A program made the translations under genes and the position numbers. From an uncultured Planctomycetia bacterium (GTDB lineage Bacteria; Omnitrophota; Gorgyraeia; Duberdicusellales; 4484-171), in assembly GCA_964489445.1 (NCBI GenBank), contig CAZAYU010000001.1:4394-68393 (forward strand): DNA of 64,000 bases, read 5' to 3'. How positions within the stretch are numbered: position 1 is the first letter of the stretch; the number at the start of each line of letters is the position of its first letter. Shown piece after piece: positions 37,902 through 47,740 of the stretch. A model generated the notes under the pieces. That model worked only from the letters and a program-made list of their open reading frames with translations. It made no database searches and was not told the DNA's origin.

Positions 37902-39190
37902 TTATTTTCTTTATCGAGAATTACCATGGTTTCAATATGAGGGGTATGTGGAAAAAAATCATACACATATAGACTTCTTACTTTGTAAGCAGAAAGTAAT
38001 ATTTTCAAATCACGGGCAAGCGTAGATGGATCACAAGAAATATAAACAATAGTACTTACCTTAGACTTAATTAATTTTTCACAAACTTGTACGCCGGCTC
38101 CCTTCCTTGGGGGATCAATAATGGCTATATCAATATTTTTTTTAAATATTGATATTAAGCGATCATTGCAGTCACACAAATGTAAATCAAAGTTTGTTAT
38201 TCCATTAATTTTGATATTTTTTTCTAAAAATAAAAAATTCTCCGGTTCAATTTCTGCACCAATTACTTGCTTTACCTGCTCAGCCAGCAAAATACCAAAT
38301 ATGCCTACACCGCAATAAAGATCAGCTAAAACAGTATCCTTGCTCAAGATTAAGTTATCTCGCAAATCTCCAACTAAAAGATTAAGTGCATGTGTATTTA
38401 TTTGGAAAAACGAAAAACTGCCAATTAAAAACTGCTTGTTGTCAATTGTCTCTCTAAAAAAATCGTCACCATAGATAACAGCCTGCGTATCTCTTTCCTC
38501 ATTAGCAAGAACAACCCCGGCGACCTTAGGCTGCTTTATTAGGCTTTCAAAAACAAGAGAGAATTGATGAATATCTAAGGAATCATCGTGGCAAACACAA
38601 ACCAGCAATTCATTGTTTTTATTTTCCTTAATTGTTAACTGTCTAACTGATGAAAAATCTTGCTGACGAAGTATTTTTATAAACTTACTCATGAATAGAT
38701 TAGTCTGATCCGGAGACAGAAAACACCTGTCAATCGGAATAAATTTATCAATAGTTCCCGGTAAATTATACGCTAAATGAGGCAAAGAGTTCTGTCTGAT
38801 AATCTTTACTTTTATTTTATTACGGTAACCCCAGATTTGAGGACTTTGACGAAAATGTAACAAAGCACAGTCAATATCAAATCTATGACAGATAATTTCT
38901 TTTATTTGCTGCTTTTTTATTTCTACTTGCTGAGAATAATCAATATATTGATAGACTGAGCAAACTCGATAATGGCTGCAAAGCGCCTGTTTACGATAAA
39001 GCGAGGCATCTATCACTTTTATTACTTTAGCCTGAATATACCCTTTAGTTTCACTAACTATATCAATCTCTACTACTTCACCGGGTAAACCTTGATCGAG
39101 AAATACTACTTTTCCATTTATTCTAGAGAAACTCTTCCCAGGGTAAACAATCTTTTCAATAGTAACAATCATGATATCATTATAACACAT
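37898..39190 (-). CDS. 23S rRNA (uracil-5)-methyltransferase RlmD/RumA-family (TRAM plus class I SAM methyltransferase)
   Basis: N-terminal TRAM-like beta-barrel (VEKIVYPGKSF...GEVVEIDIV), SAM-binding motif DLYCGVGIFG, and the catalytic-region DPPRKG motif. Confidence 0.8.
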   Translation of the reverse strand: MCYNDIMIVTIEKIVYPGKSFSRINGKVVFLDQGLPGEVVEIDIVSETKGYIQAKVIKVIDASLYRKQALCSHYRVCSVYQYIDYSQQVEIKKQQIKEIICHRFDIDCALLHFRQSPQIWGYRNKIKVKIIRQNSLPHLAYNLPGTIDKFIPIDRCFLSPDQTNLFMSKFIKILRQQDFSSVRQLTIKENKNNELLVCVCHDDSLDIHQFSLVFESLIKQPKVAGVVLANEERDTQAVIYGDDFFRETIDNKQFLIGSFSFFQINTHALNLLVGDLRDNLILSKDTVLADLYCGVGIFGILLAEQVKQVIGAEIEPENFLFLEKNIKINGITNFDLHLCDCNDRLISIFKKNIDIAIIDPPRKGAGVQVCEKLIKSKVSTIVYISCDPSTLARDLKILLSAYKVRSLYVYDFFPHTPHIETMVILDKENN

Positions 39191-39280
39191 AGCTTTTAAT
39201 TGCAGTAACTAATCGTCCTAAATTATTGGCTGTTTATAGAATCAATTTGCAATTTATAAAATGTCTGTTATATAACTTAT

Positions 39281-40447
39281 ATGGATATAAACAAGCAGCA
39301 AAACTTACTGATTACTTGCGCTCGGGAAATAGCACCTTATTTACAGAAAGAAGTAAAAGATCTTGGATTTCAAGTCAAGTCACAGCACAGAACAGGTATA
39401 GAAATATCCGCGTCTTTAGTGGAGGCAATGAAACTTAACTTTTGCCTGCGAAACGCTTTTAATGTTCTCTGCCTGCTAAAGCAGTTTTCCTGTCGTCATG
39501 CGCAAGATCTGTATAAGCACGTATCTTCAATTGCCTGGGAAGATATTGTTGAGCCATCAGAATATATAAGTGTAGTTTCACGTGTAGACAGCCCGACAAT
39601 TAACAACTCAGTATTTGTCAGCCAAAAAGCCAAAGATGCAATCGTCGATAGAATAGCTGAAAAATGTAATATGCGCCCCAGCGCCGGAGGAAATAGAGAT
39701 AACGTAGTTGTTAACTTATATTGGAAGGATGAAAAATGCTGGATATATCTGAATACTTCCGGCCGCAAATTGTCCGACAGAAATTATCGAAAAATTCCCT
39801 ACAAGGCCCCCTTACAAGAAACTTTAGCCGCTGCCTTACTGCAAGCTGCCAATTATGACGGCTTACAAACTTTAGTTAACCCAATGTGCGGCAGTGGAAC
39901 AATTGCTATTGAAGCAGCCTTAGTTGCCTTAAATCGTCCAGCTGCCAGTTTACGCAGCAATTTTGGTTTTATGCATATTAAAGGTTTCGACCTAGAACTT
40001 TGGAATGCCTTGCGTAAGCAACTATCTACCTTATCCAAAAAAAAACCAAGCTTTAGAATTATTGCCTCTGACATCGACAAGCACGCCATTGAGCTAGCTA
40101 AAAAAAATGCTCAAAATGCCGGCGTAGACCATTGCATTGAATTCTATGTTTGCGACTTCAAAGATACACCGATCCCCGAAGAAAAAGGGATTATTGTTTT
40201 TAATCCAGAATATGGACAAAGGCTAGGTATTCAAAAACAATTGGAAAACACCTACAAAGAAATGGGTGATTTCTTAAAACAAAAATGTAGCGGATTTACC
40301 GGCTATGTCTTTACAGGAAATCAAGCACTAGCAAAATTTATAGGTCTACGTGCCAACAGACGATTACTTTTTTTTAATGCTAAGATAGAATGCCGGCTGC
40401 TCGAATATCTCCTATATTCCGGCACTAAACGATTAAGTTTTAGATAA
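39281..40447 (+). CDS. THUMP-domain class I SAM-dependent RNA methyltransferase (RlmL N-terminal-module-like)
   Basis: THUMP-like N-terminus. NPMCGSGTIAIEAAL SAM motif. DPPY-like VFNPEYG motif. Confidence 0.75.
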   Translation: MDINKQQNLLITCAREIAPYLQKEVKDLGFQVKSQHRTGIEISASLVEAMKLNFCLRNAFNVLCLLKQFSCRHAQDLYKHVSSIAWEDIVEPSEYISVVSRVDSPTINNSVFVSQKAKDAIVDRIAEKCNMRPSAGGNRDNVVVNLYWKDEKCWIYLNTSGRKLSDRNYRKIPYKAPLQETLAAALLQAANYDGLQTLVNPMCGSGTIAIEAALVALNRPAASLRSNFGFMHIKGFDLELWNALRKQLSTLSKKKPSFRIIASDIDKHAIELAKKNAQNAGVDHCIEFYVCDFKDTPIPEEKGIIVFNPEYGQRLGIQKQLENTYKEMGDFLKQKCSGFTGYVFTGNQALAKFIGLRANRRLLFFNAKIECRLLEYLLYSGTKRLSFR

Positions 40448-40458
40448 CTAATTTTTTG

Positions 40459-41511
40459 TTAGATATGGATACCAGCTAAAGTTATTTCCTGACGATTATG
40501 ATAGAGATGACGAATTTCAAGCTGAGAACAATACCCTAATAGCCCTGCATCAGGGCTATTAATCTTCTTGATAATTTCCATAGGGTCACACCGACCGATT
40601 TTCAGATTCACTATAAATCTTCGGCACCAATGATATTGCAACCATTTCTGAATTACTTGCAAAATAATCTCCGGGTTTTCAATAGTATCACAGAATAACC
40701 AGTCAGCATTTAATTTCTCTGAAGGAATAAATTTCAACGCATCTTGCTTTAAATGCGTAATGCCAGGATATGCTGAAATAGTTTTGTTAAGCTGCGCATT
40801 ATCAACAGCAATTACTTTTGCTTTACGCTTTAATGCGCTATAAGCCCAGCCACCAGGAGCAGCGCCTAGATCAACTACTTGCTCATTAGCTTGAGGTTGA
40901 CAGTTAATAAGGGTGTATGCTTCTTCTACCTTCAAATAAGAACGTGAAGGTGCATTTTTATCCATGCACATGCGCTGGCATGCTCCAGTAATTGCCGAAT
41001 AAGACACAAAAGCATGGTTAAAATCAGTAAAATAGACAAAAAAACCTTCAATTGCCTCCCGAGAATAAGGAGTTGGGTTTTGCAAAAGTTTTTCTACCCG
41101 AGACATTTTTTTTCTAATTTTATTGCGCCAGTTTAATTCAATTGATTTTGTTCGATGAGATAAATTTCTTACATCTGCATAAAAAAACAAAACCGGCAAA
41201 TGATGTTTAATGATCTTTTTATTCATCGAAGATAAAAAAAGTTCAGATAGCTTTAGAGTAAATTCATTAACTGAAAAAGCGCTTATTTCAACCGGGCTCA
41301 TTAATATAGTTTGCGCAAAGCATAGTTGAGACAGGTGTTGTATTATTGTCTTGCTAATATTTAATTGACACTGAACCCAGGAATTGCCTTGTGCTTTAAC
41401 CGAGCAATCATTCAAGGTAAGCTCCCGAATAAGGACAGGCTCGTAATCTGGTTTACACGTTATAAGTAAGTTCATTTTATTTTCCATCGTTAATAAAAAG
41501 TATATTAACAT
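40459..41511 (-). CDS. RlmM-like 23S rRNA 2'-O-ribose methyltransferase (FtsJ family with an N-terminal THUMP-like domain)
   Basis: VVDLGAAPGGWAYSALKR is the FtsJ/RlmM SAM-binding motif. The true start is probably the internal Met (MNLLITC) at about 41475. Confidence 0.65.
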   Translation of the reverse strand: MLIYFLLTMENKMNLLITCKPDYEPVLIRELTLNDCSVKAQGNSWVQCQLNISKTIIQHLSQLCFAQTILMSPVEISAFSVNEFTLKLSELFLSSMNKKIIKHHLPVLFFYADVRNLSHRTKSIELNWRNKIRKKMSRVEKLLQNPTPYSREAIEGFFVYFTDFNHAFVSYSAITGACQRMCMDKNAPSRSYLKVEEAYTLINCQPQANEQVVDLGAAPGGWAYSALKRKAKVIAVDNAQLNKTISAYPGITHLKQDALKFIPSEKLNADWLFCDTIENPEIILQVIQKWLQYHWCRRFIVNLKIGRCDPMEIIKKINSPDAGLLGYCSQLEIRHLYHNRQEITLAGIHI

Positions 41512-41746
41512 AAACTTTTGCTTTGGCTATTATAAACATCGAAACAAACAAAATGATCTTTTGCAATAATTCTGTTGATGCGCTTTTTATTAAGCAAAAA
41601 TAAAGAGATGTGCTGGTAATTAAAAGCAAATATCAAAAATAAGTTAATTAAAAATATCTTGAAAGCACCGCTACAAGGTATATAGTAAATATGTGTATCC
41701 TAAAGACAGCTAAGCGCAAAAATACTGTTTAACTCATTTTCAAGAT

Positions 41747-42538
41747 ATGCCAACCATTAAGATCAACGATATTGACTGCTACTATGAAATTCACGGAAAA
41801 GGTAAGCCATTGGTGCTTATCGCTGGCTTGGGAAGCGACAGTCAAACTTGGTATCCTATACTTGCTAAGCTCGCTAAGCATTTTCAAATGCTTATCTTTG
41901 ATAATCGAGGCGTCGGCAAAACAAAATATCGTGAAAAAAAATTTACCATAAGCACGCTAGCTAAGGACACTCTTAGCCTTATTGATAAATTAGGAATTAA
42001 AAGGCCACACATCCTGGGACACTCTATGGGTGGATACATTGCTCAAGAAATAGCCATAGCCCATCCCACAAAAATTGACAAGCTAATTTTAGCAAGTATC
42101 TCTGCATTTACTTCGGAAAGAAATAAATTCCTCTTCAACAATATGGCTCATTGTTTAAGAGATGGTGTTGCGTATGAGATATTTTTGAGAGCATTCTTTT
42201 GTTGGATTTTTACTCCTCAATATTTTAATGATAAAAATAATGTAGATTCTGCAATCAAAAGTCTTTTAGAATATCCTTATCCGATAACCTTCGACGGTTT
42301 TAAACGACAAGTAGAGGCTATCAATTTATTCTCTTCCTTAAACAGAATAAATAAATTAAAAACAAAAACTTTAATACTTTTTGGCGAAAAAGATATCTTA
42401 GTTACCAAAAAGGAAATAGAGGAATTAGCTGCCAAAATGCCTAATGCCGAAGTTGCATCTTTAAAAAATGCAGCTCACTCTATTCACACAGAAAAAACAG
42501 AAGATTTTATTAAAAAAATAGTTGGTTTTCTAGAGTAG
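41747..42538 (+). CDS. alpha/beta hydrolase
   Basis: GHSMGG nucleophile elbow, a C-terminal ...NAAHSIH His region, and no signal peptide. Confidence 0.75.
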   Translation: MPTIKINDIDCYYEIHGKGKPLVLIAGLGSDSQTWYPILAKLAKHFQMLIFDNRGVGKTKYREKKFTISTLAKDTLSLIDKLGIKRPHILGHSMGGYIAQEIAIAHPTKIDKLILASISAFTSERNKFLFNNMAHCLRDGVAYEIFLRAFFCWIFTPQYFNDKNNVDSAIKSLLEYPYPITFDGFKRQVEAINLFSSLNRINKLKTKTLILFGEKDILVTKKEIEELAAKMPNAEVASLKNAAHSIHTEKTEDFIKKIVGFLE

Positions 42539-42568
42539 AACAACAAGCGAACTTAAAAGGAGGTGAGT

Positions 42569-42742
42569 ATGACAAAAGTATCCAAATTATTTGTACTAGC
42601 AGGGGTTATATTGATTTTGTTAGCAATTACTCTAAAGATAGCTGGAACCCATCTATTGTTAGGCTCAAAGAGTATTAAGCTTATTAGTTTGTTAGTTATG
42701 GCAAACACTTCTTTTATTTTAGCTATTTTATTTAAAAAATAA
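42569..42742 (+). CDS. small membrane protein (57 aa)
   Basis: Strong RBS AAGGAGGTGAG 6 nt upstream. Two hydrophobic helices. Not in the six-frame track. Confidence 0.4.
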   Translation: MTKVSKLFVLAGVILILLAITLKIAGTHLLLGSKSIKLISLLVMANTSFILAILFKK

Positions 42743-42818
42743 TTCTGCTAAAAAGAGATATCCCATCAAGGCTAACCAATGATTGAATAAAGTCATTCAA
42801 TCATTCAAAAGAGAAATG

Positions 42819-44993
42819 CTATTTTGCTTTTTTCCGCAAAATCAATCCCAGTTTATCTAAACGAATATGTTTAAATAACAAAGGCATTACATATAAAGCA
42901 GTTAGTGCAGATAAAATAGTACCGAATAGAATAGTTCCCCCAAACCGTTGGGTAGGAGGAAAAGTCGAACATAAGAATATTCCAAAACCAATAGATACTA
43001 CAAACATAGAAGTTAGCACTGGCTGCCAAAGCTCATCACGTACCGCCTGCCAATCTCTTGTCCGACGAAATGCTTTAATCATGTGAATCATTGAGTCAAT
43101 GCCCATAGCAATAGCCACATTAGACGCTGGTGCAGAAATAATATCCAAAGGAATCCGGTAAATTCCGAAACAACCAAGGATCGTTAACGGAATAATGAAG
43201 ATACTAGCCACAACAGCCAATGTAACACGCAAAGAGCGCGAAAGATACCAAGTAATAAACCCAAAAAGTAAAATCAATTTAGACAACCCGCCTATTAAGC
43301 TTAAGGCAACTAATTTTGCCAAATGCCCCTGAAGGCTATATATTCCTCCGATAATTTCTGGATGCATTCCTTCATTTTCAGTGATTGCCTTGATTTCTTC
43401 AATAATTTCTAAGCGGGAAAGAGTACGATAAGATTCAATCATCCGCAATAAAAATAGCCCATGCTCACGGTCAGCAGTGATAAAACTTTTGGCAACCTCA
43501 TCATTCGTTGGCGATTCCATTGCATTTACCAATATTTCCCGAGGCAAAAACCATCCTAAAACTGGAGTCTGTTTGGCTTGAGCAATTAGCACCGGTAAGG
43601 ATATAACTGAACCCACAGCACGGTGTTGTTCTAACGATTCCTGAAGGCTCCATAACTGATTGTATGATTTATTAGAGTGGATCTTTTCTCCACTTTTTGA
43701 GCGAACCACTAAAATCAACGGGCTGCTTCCACCATTACGATCTATGTAGCTTAAACCTTGGTGTATTTCACTTGACTTTGAGAAATAAGAAAGCAAGCTC
43801 GGGTCAGAATCAATCATAAATAAACCTGGCAAAGTCAACAAACAGGTTGCAAAAATAAGCAAAATAATAAACTGCTTCCCTAAATCAATAAACCGGTAAG
43901 TTTTAATTTCATAATGTTCGATTTTCCCTTTACGCCGCTTTCTTGGACTAACTAATTTTAAAAATGCCGGAAATACCCCATAAGCAACTGCTATCGCCAC
44001 CAATGATCCAATAGCTCCAGAAACCCCCAAATCTCTCAACGGTTTAGCCGGAACAAACATTAAACTAATAAACCCCAGGAATGTGGTTAGCATACTCCAA
44101 AATGAGGGAGGAAAAGTCCGCCGAACAGCCTGTTTAACCGGGTCTTTGCAGCTTACATCTGCACGAAATGTTCGCCAGTTAAACGTCAAGAATATAATAT
44201 GCGAAAGAGTCATTACAAAAATAATCGTTCCCAGATTGGCGGTCAACAATCCGATCGGAATATTGAATAAGTTCGTCAGCATGAATGTCCACATGCAAGC
44301 ATTAAGGCAAGACAATATTGTCCCGAATAAAATACTTTTTGAATGAAATATATAAAAAATCAAAAGTCCAAATATTGTAAACGCCAAAAGACTAAATATT
44401 TTAAGATCCCGCAGGAGATAGCGCTTGATTAGTTCAATCACATATGGTAAACCAGCAGCTCGCAAATGAAAGTCTTTGCTTTCAAACTGCTGCATAATTT
44501 TTTCAATTTCCCGAATAATTTCCGAAGACTTCTGTTCATCAATAAGCACAATAAGGTTAGTTGCTTCGCGATCACTAGAAACAATCAAGCGCTTCCATAG
44601 TGGACTTTCAATCGCCTTACGTGTATTTCCCGGCCCAGCATGCGTTATGCTATTAACACTGATTACACCTTTAAGACCCAATAACATTTCGCTTAGCCTG
44701 GAAATCTTATCACGATATCGCTCGCGGTTAATCTGGCCGCTGGCTGAAATAATGACCTGTGAATCCTTACGGATAAATAACCGATTAATTAACCGCTCAC
44801 TTTGAAACTGGGGATCATCGCTTGAGAAAAAAAAGTTATTATCCACACTAGGAACTAAGGAAAGAAAAACTGAAACACAAATAATGCTTAAAGCAGTCAA
44901 TAGTACGAACACAACAACTTCCCGGGAAACATTGCGACAATTTTGGAAAAGCTTCCGAAAAGCATTACTGAGTATGTTTTTTGCAATTATCAT
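42819..44993 (-). CDS. MMPL/RND-superfamily membrane transporter (12 transmembrane segments, two periplasmic loops)
   Basis: 724 aa with two repeated 6-TM bundles separated by large soluble loops, the topology of MMPL/HpnN-like exporters. Confidence 0.7.
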   Translation of the reverse strand: MIIAKNILSNAFRKLFQNCRNVSREVVVFVLLTALSIICVSVFLSLVPSVDNNFFFSSDDPQFQSERLINRLFIRKDSQVIISASGQINRERYRDKISRLSEMLLGLKGVISVNSITHAGPGNTRKAIESPLWKRLIVSSDREATNLIVLIDEQKSSEIIREIEKIMQQFESKDFHLRAAGLPYVIELIKRYLLRDLKIFSLLAFTIFGLLIFYIFHSKSILFGTILSCLNACMWTFMLTNLFNIPIGLLTANLGTIIFVMTLSHIIFLTFNWRTFRADVSCKDPVKQAVRRTFPPSFWSMLTTFLGFISLMFVPAKPLRDLGVSGAIGSLVAIAVAYGVFPAFLKLVSPRKRRKGKIEHYEIKTYRFIDLGKQFIILLIFATCLLTLPGLFMIDSDPSLLSYFSKSSEIHQGLSYIDRNGGSSPLILVVRSKSGEKIHSNKSYNQLWSLQESLEQHRAVGSVISLPVLIAQAKQTPVLGWFLPREILVNAMESPTNDEVAKSFITADREHGLFLLRMIESYRTLSRLEIIEEIKAITENEGMHPEIIGGIYSLQGHLAKLVALSLIGGLSKLILLFGFITWYLSRSLRVTLAVVASIFIIPLTILGCFGIYRIPLDIISAPASNVAIAMGIDSMIHMIKAFRRTRDWQAVRDELWQPVLTSMFVVSIGFGIFLCSTFPPTQRFGGTILFGTILSALTALYVMPLLFKHIRLDKLGLILRKKAK

Positions 44994-45214
44994 ATTTGTG
45001 TTTTGGTGGCGATTACTTTATTCTAATGTGAACCAGAAAATAGTAAAGAAAAATATTAGCATTACCATAACATATAAATTAAAATATTATACAACTAATT
45101 TGTGTTGCTTTTAGAAGTAATCTTTGGTATAAAAAGAGTTATCTTGCAAATCTGACTAGACAGAATAAATACCAAAAATGGCAATAGCAAGAAAACCTAA
45201 AAAAAGGAGAGATA

Positions 45215-45763
45215 ATGAGTGAGCTAACTAAGGAATTTGAGGATTTAAAAAAGAAACGAAATTGGTTTCTACTGTTTGGCGTATTGCTTATTGTTCTGGG
45301 AATAACATCAGTGAGCCTGCCTTTTATTATTACCACTATAGCTGTAGAGGTAGTGTTTGGATTGTTAGTAGTAATTGCTGGAATTATACAAATTAGTGCT
45401 GCATTATTTTGCCAAAACTGGAAAGGATTTTTTGCGCATCTTTTAGCCGGAATTATAGCTTGCAGCATAGGGGGAATTTTACTAATACATCCTCTGGAAG
45501 GAATAATTTTACTCTCGACATGGATAGCTATATTCTTTATAATTGAAGGAATTGCTAAGATTATTTATTCTTTAAAAATGCGTCCAGTAAAAAGTTGGGG
45601 ATGGATACTTTTTAATGGGATAATTTCACTTCTATTAGGAGTGCTTATTTGTTTAAAGCTGCCATTTAGCGGCATATGGGCCATAGGATTGTTAACAGCT
45701 ATCAACATGTTATTTGGTGGCTTAGCGCTAACTATGTTTTCTTTCGCTTTGCAAGATAAATAA
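45215..45763 (+). CDS. HdeD/DUF308-family membrane protein
   Basis: RBS AAGGAGAG. Six short transmembrane helices with an LxxLGI(T/L)S pattern typical of HdeD-like proteins. Confidence 0.65.
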   Translation: MSELTKEFEDLKKKRNWFLLFGVLLIVLGITSVSLPFIITTIAVEVVFGLLVVIAGIIQISAALFCQNWKGFFAHLLAGIIACSIGGILLIHPLEGIILLSTWIAIFFIIEGIAKIIYSLKMRPVKSWGWILFNGIISLLLGVLICLKLPFSGIWAIGLLTAINMLFGGLALTMFSFALQDK

Positions 45764-45797
45764 AAAATGCTCCAAATAAATACTATCAAAAATATTT

Positions 45798-45871
45798 GCG
45801 CCCGTAGATCAATTGGACAGATCGTTTGGCTACGGACCAGAAGGTTGCGGGTTCGACTCCTGCCGGGCGCA
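45798..45871 (+). tRNA. tRNA-Arg (anticodon ACG)
   Basis: Acceptor GCGCCCG/CGGGCGC plus discriminator A. D-stem GATC/GATC. Anticodon stem TTTGG/CCAGA around the loop CTACGGA. T-arm GCGGG-TTCGACT-CCTGC. 74 nt. Position 37 is G, which is unusual for this isoacceptor. Confidence 0.7.
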
Positions 45872-45992
45872 TACTGATCTTTAACATATTACGTATCTTT
45901 GTTATGCAAACCTGTGGTTTATCATAAGGATTGTCGGAACAAATAAATCAATTACCGTGAGCAATTAGACTTCGGCTGTGCCGAAGATTTGT

Positions 45993-46014
45993 TTCGACTC
46001 CTGCCGGGCGCATA
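45993..46014. repeat. 22-bp direct repeat of the tRNA-Arg 3' end (att-like remnant)
   Basis: TTCGACTCCTGCCGGGCGCATA is identical to 45852-45873, giving a second copy 120 bp downstream of the tRNA. Confidence 0.75.
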
Positions 46015-46223
46015 TTTTAGAGATAAGTGATAAGTGTGAAAAAGCTCATAGTCCGCAGTCGATAGTTTAAAACGATAGACGATGGATGACAGAAGAGTGA
46101 CGATGAAGAAAAGAAGAAAGGTTCAAGGTTAAAGGATAAAGGATAATGGACGAAGGGTAAAAAAATTAGAAAAGATCAATAGTTAGTAGCAGAAAATAAA
46201 AAGTCGATAGAGGAGGTATGCTA

Positions 46224-46697
46224 ATGAAAACAGTAGTAATTTATTATTCACGAAGTGGGACCACTAAAAAGATGGCCGAAATTATTTATAAAAACATAAA
46301 AGACGCTGGAGAAGAAGCAGACATTTTTCCAGTATCTGAAATCAAGCCGGAACAATTGCTGGATTATGATGGAATAATTATTGGTTCTCCTACTTATTAC
46401 GGAACTCTAGCTGCAGAAATTAAAAAATTTCTTGACGATAGCGTTTCGTTGCACGGAAAGTTAGACGGAAAACTAGGTGGCGCATTTTCTTCAGCAGCAA
46501 ATTTAGCCGGAGGAAACGAAACTACTATTCTGAGCATCCTAGAAGCAATGTTGATTCACGGAATGATTACCCAAGGCGACCCGAAAGGAGATCATTACGG
46601 TCCAGGAGCAATCAGCCAAATCGATAAACGCTGCGAAACAAATTGCCAAAGATTCGCCCAGCGTTTCATAAATACATTGCAAATACTTAAAAAATAA
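46224..46697 (+). CDS. flavodoxin-family protein (WrbA/NAD(P)H-quinone-oxidoreductase-like)
   Basis: VVIYYSRSGTTKKMAE is the FMN phosphate-binding loop. GSPTYYG is also present. RBS GAGGAGG. Confidence 0.75.
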   Translation: MKTVVIYYSRSGTTKKMAEIIYKNIKDAGEEADIFPVSEIKPEQLLDYDGIIIGSPTYYGTLAAEIKKFLDDSVSLHGKLDGKLGGAFSSAANLAGGNETTILSILEAMLIHGMITQGDPKGDHYGPGAISQIDKRCETNCQRFAQRFINTLQILKK

Positions 46698-46708
46698 AAC
46701 TATCCTAA

Positions 46709-47026
46709 ATGAATGAAATAATTGCTGTTTTAGTAACAATACCAGAAAAAAAAGCTAAAACCTTAGCTAACACGCTCTTGAAAGAAAAAGTTTGTGCTTG
46801 CATCAACATTGTTCAAAGAGTTAAATCCTTGTTCTGGTGGAAAGGCAAAATAACTTCTGAGCAAGAAGCCCTATTGATAATAAAAACAAAAAAAATATTA
46901 TTTCCTAAGCTAAAAAAAATGATTAAAGACAACCATCCCTACGAAGTTCCGGAAATAATTGCATTAGACGCTACCGGCGTAAATCGTAAATACAAAAAAT
47001 GGCTTATTAGTGAAGTAAAAAAATAA
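46709..47026 (+). CDS. cutA: divalent-cation tolerance protein CutA
   Basis: VLVTIPEKKAKTLANTLLKEKVCACINIV...SLFWWKGKI...YEVPEIIAL. The CutA1 family is conserved throughout. Confidence 0.8.
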   Translation: MNEIIAVLVTIPEKKAKTLANTLLKEKVCACINIVQRVKSLFWWKGKITSEQEALLIIKTKKILFPKLKKMIKDNHPYEVPEIIALDATGVNRKYKKWLISEVKK

Positions 47027-47032
47027 ATTAAA

Positions 47033-47740
47033 ATGATTCAGGAAACACTAATCAACTTAGAAAAAATATTCACTACTAGCCATATCTGGGGTTTGGGAGC
47101 AAGTTTTTTTGCCGGTTTTCTAGTAAGTTTTTCCCCTTGCATCTATCCATTAATTCCGATAACTTTGGGCGTAACAGGAGCGGCAGCCTGCACAAGTAAA
47201 CTAAGAGGATTCACCACAAGCTTTGTATTTGTTTTAGGCATCGCTTCTGTATATACACTATTGGGAATTGCATCTTCTGTCTTCGGTTTATTTCTAGCCA
47301 CTTTTTTCATTAACCCATTTACATATTTTTTCCTTTCAGCTATCTTTTTTGTTTTAGGCTGCTCTTTAACCGGAATAATCAAACTAAATATCCCGTTTTT
47401 CTCTATAAACCAAGAACATTCTCCGAAGAAAGGATTAATATCTGTATTCGTTCTTGGAGCAATCAGTGGATTCGCAATAATCCCCTGTAATTTTCCGGTT
47501 CTAGGAGCAATATTGAGTTTAATTTCGTTAAAAAAGAGTGTGCTTTATGGAGGAACCGCTCTTTTCTTATTTTCGTTGGGATACGGAACAACATTGATTA
47601 TTTTAGGAACATTTAGCTCGTTAATCAAAAGACTTCCCAAGGGTGGTAAATGGCTCATTGTCATTCATAAGATCATTGGATTACTTTTTTTAGCTATAGG
47701 TTCCTTTTTCTTGTTTAAATTCATAACACTTATACGATGA
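47033..47740 (+). CDS. ccdA: cytochrome c-type biogenesis protein CcdA (DsbD-family thiol-disulfide transporter)
   Basis: FLAGFLVSFSPCIYPLIP (Cys motif in TM1) plus a second Cys in IIPCNFPVL. Six transmembrane helices. Confidence 0.8.
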   Translation: MIQETLINLEKIFTTSHIWGLGASFFAGFLVSFSPCIYPLIPITLGVTGAAACTSKLRGFTTSFVFVLGIASVYTLLGIASSVFGLFLATFFINPFTYFFLSAIFFVLGCSLTGIIKLNIPFFSINQEHSPKKGLISVFVLGAISGFAIIPCNFPVLGAILSLISLKKSVLYGGTALFLFSLGYGTTLIILGTFSSLIKRLPKGGKWLIVIHKIIGLLFLAIGSFFLFKFITLIR

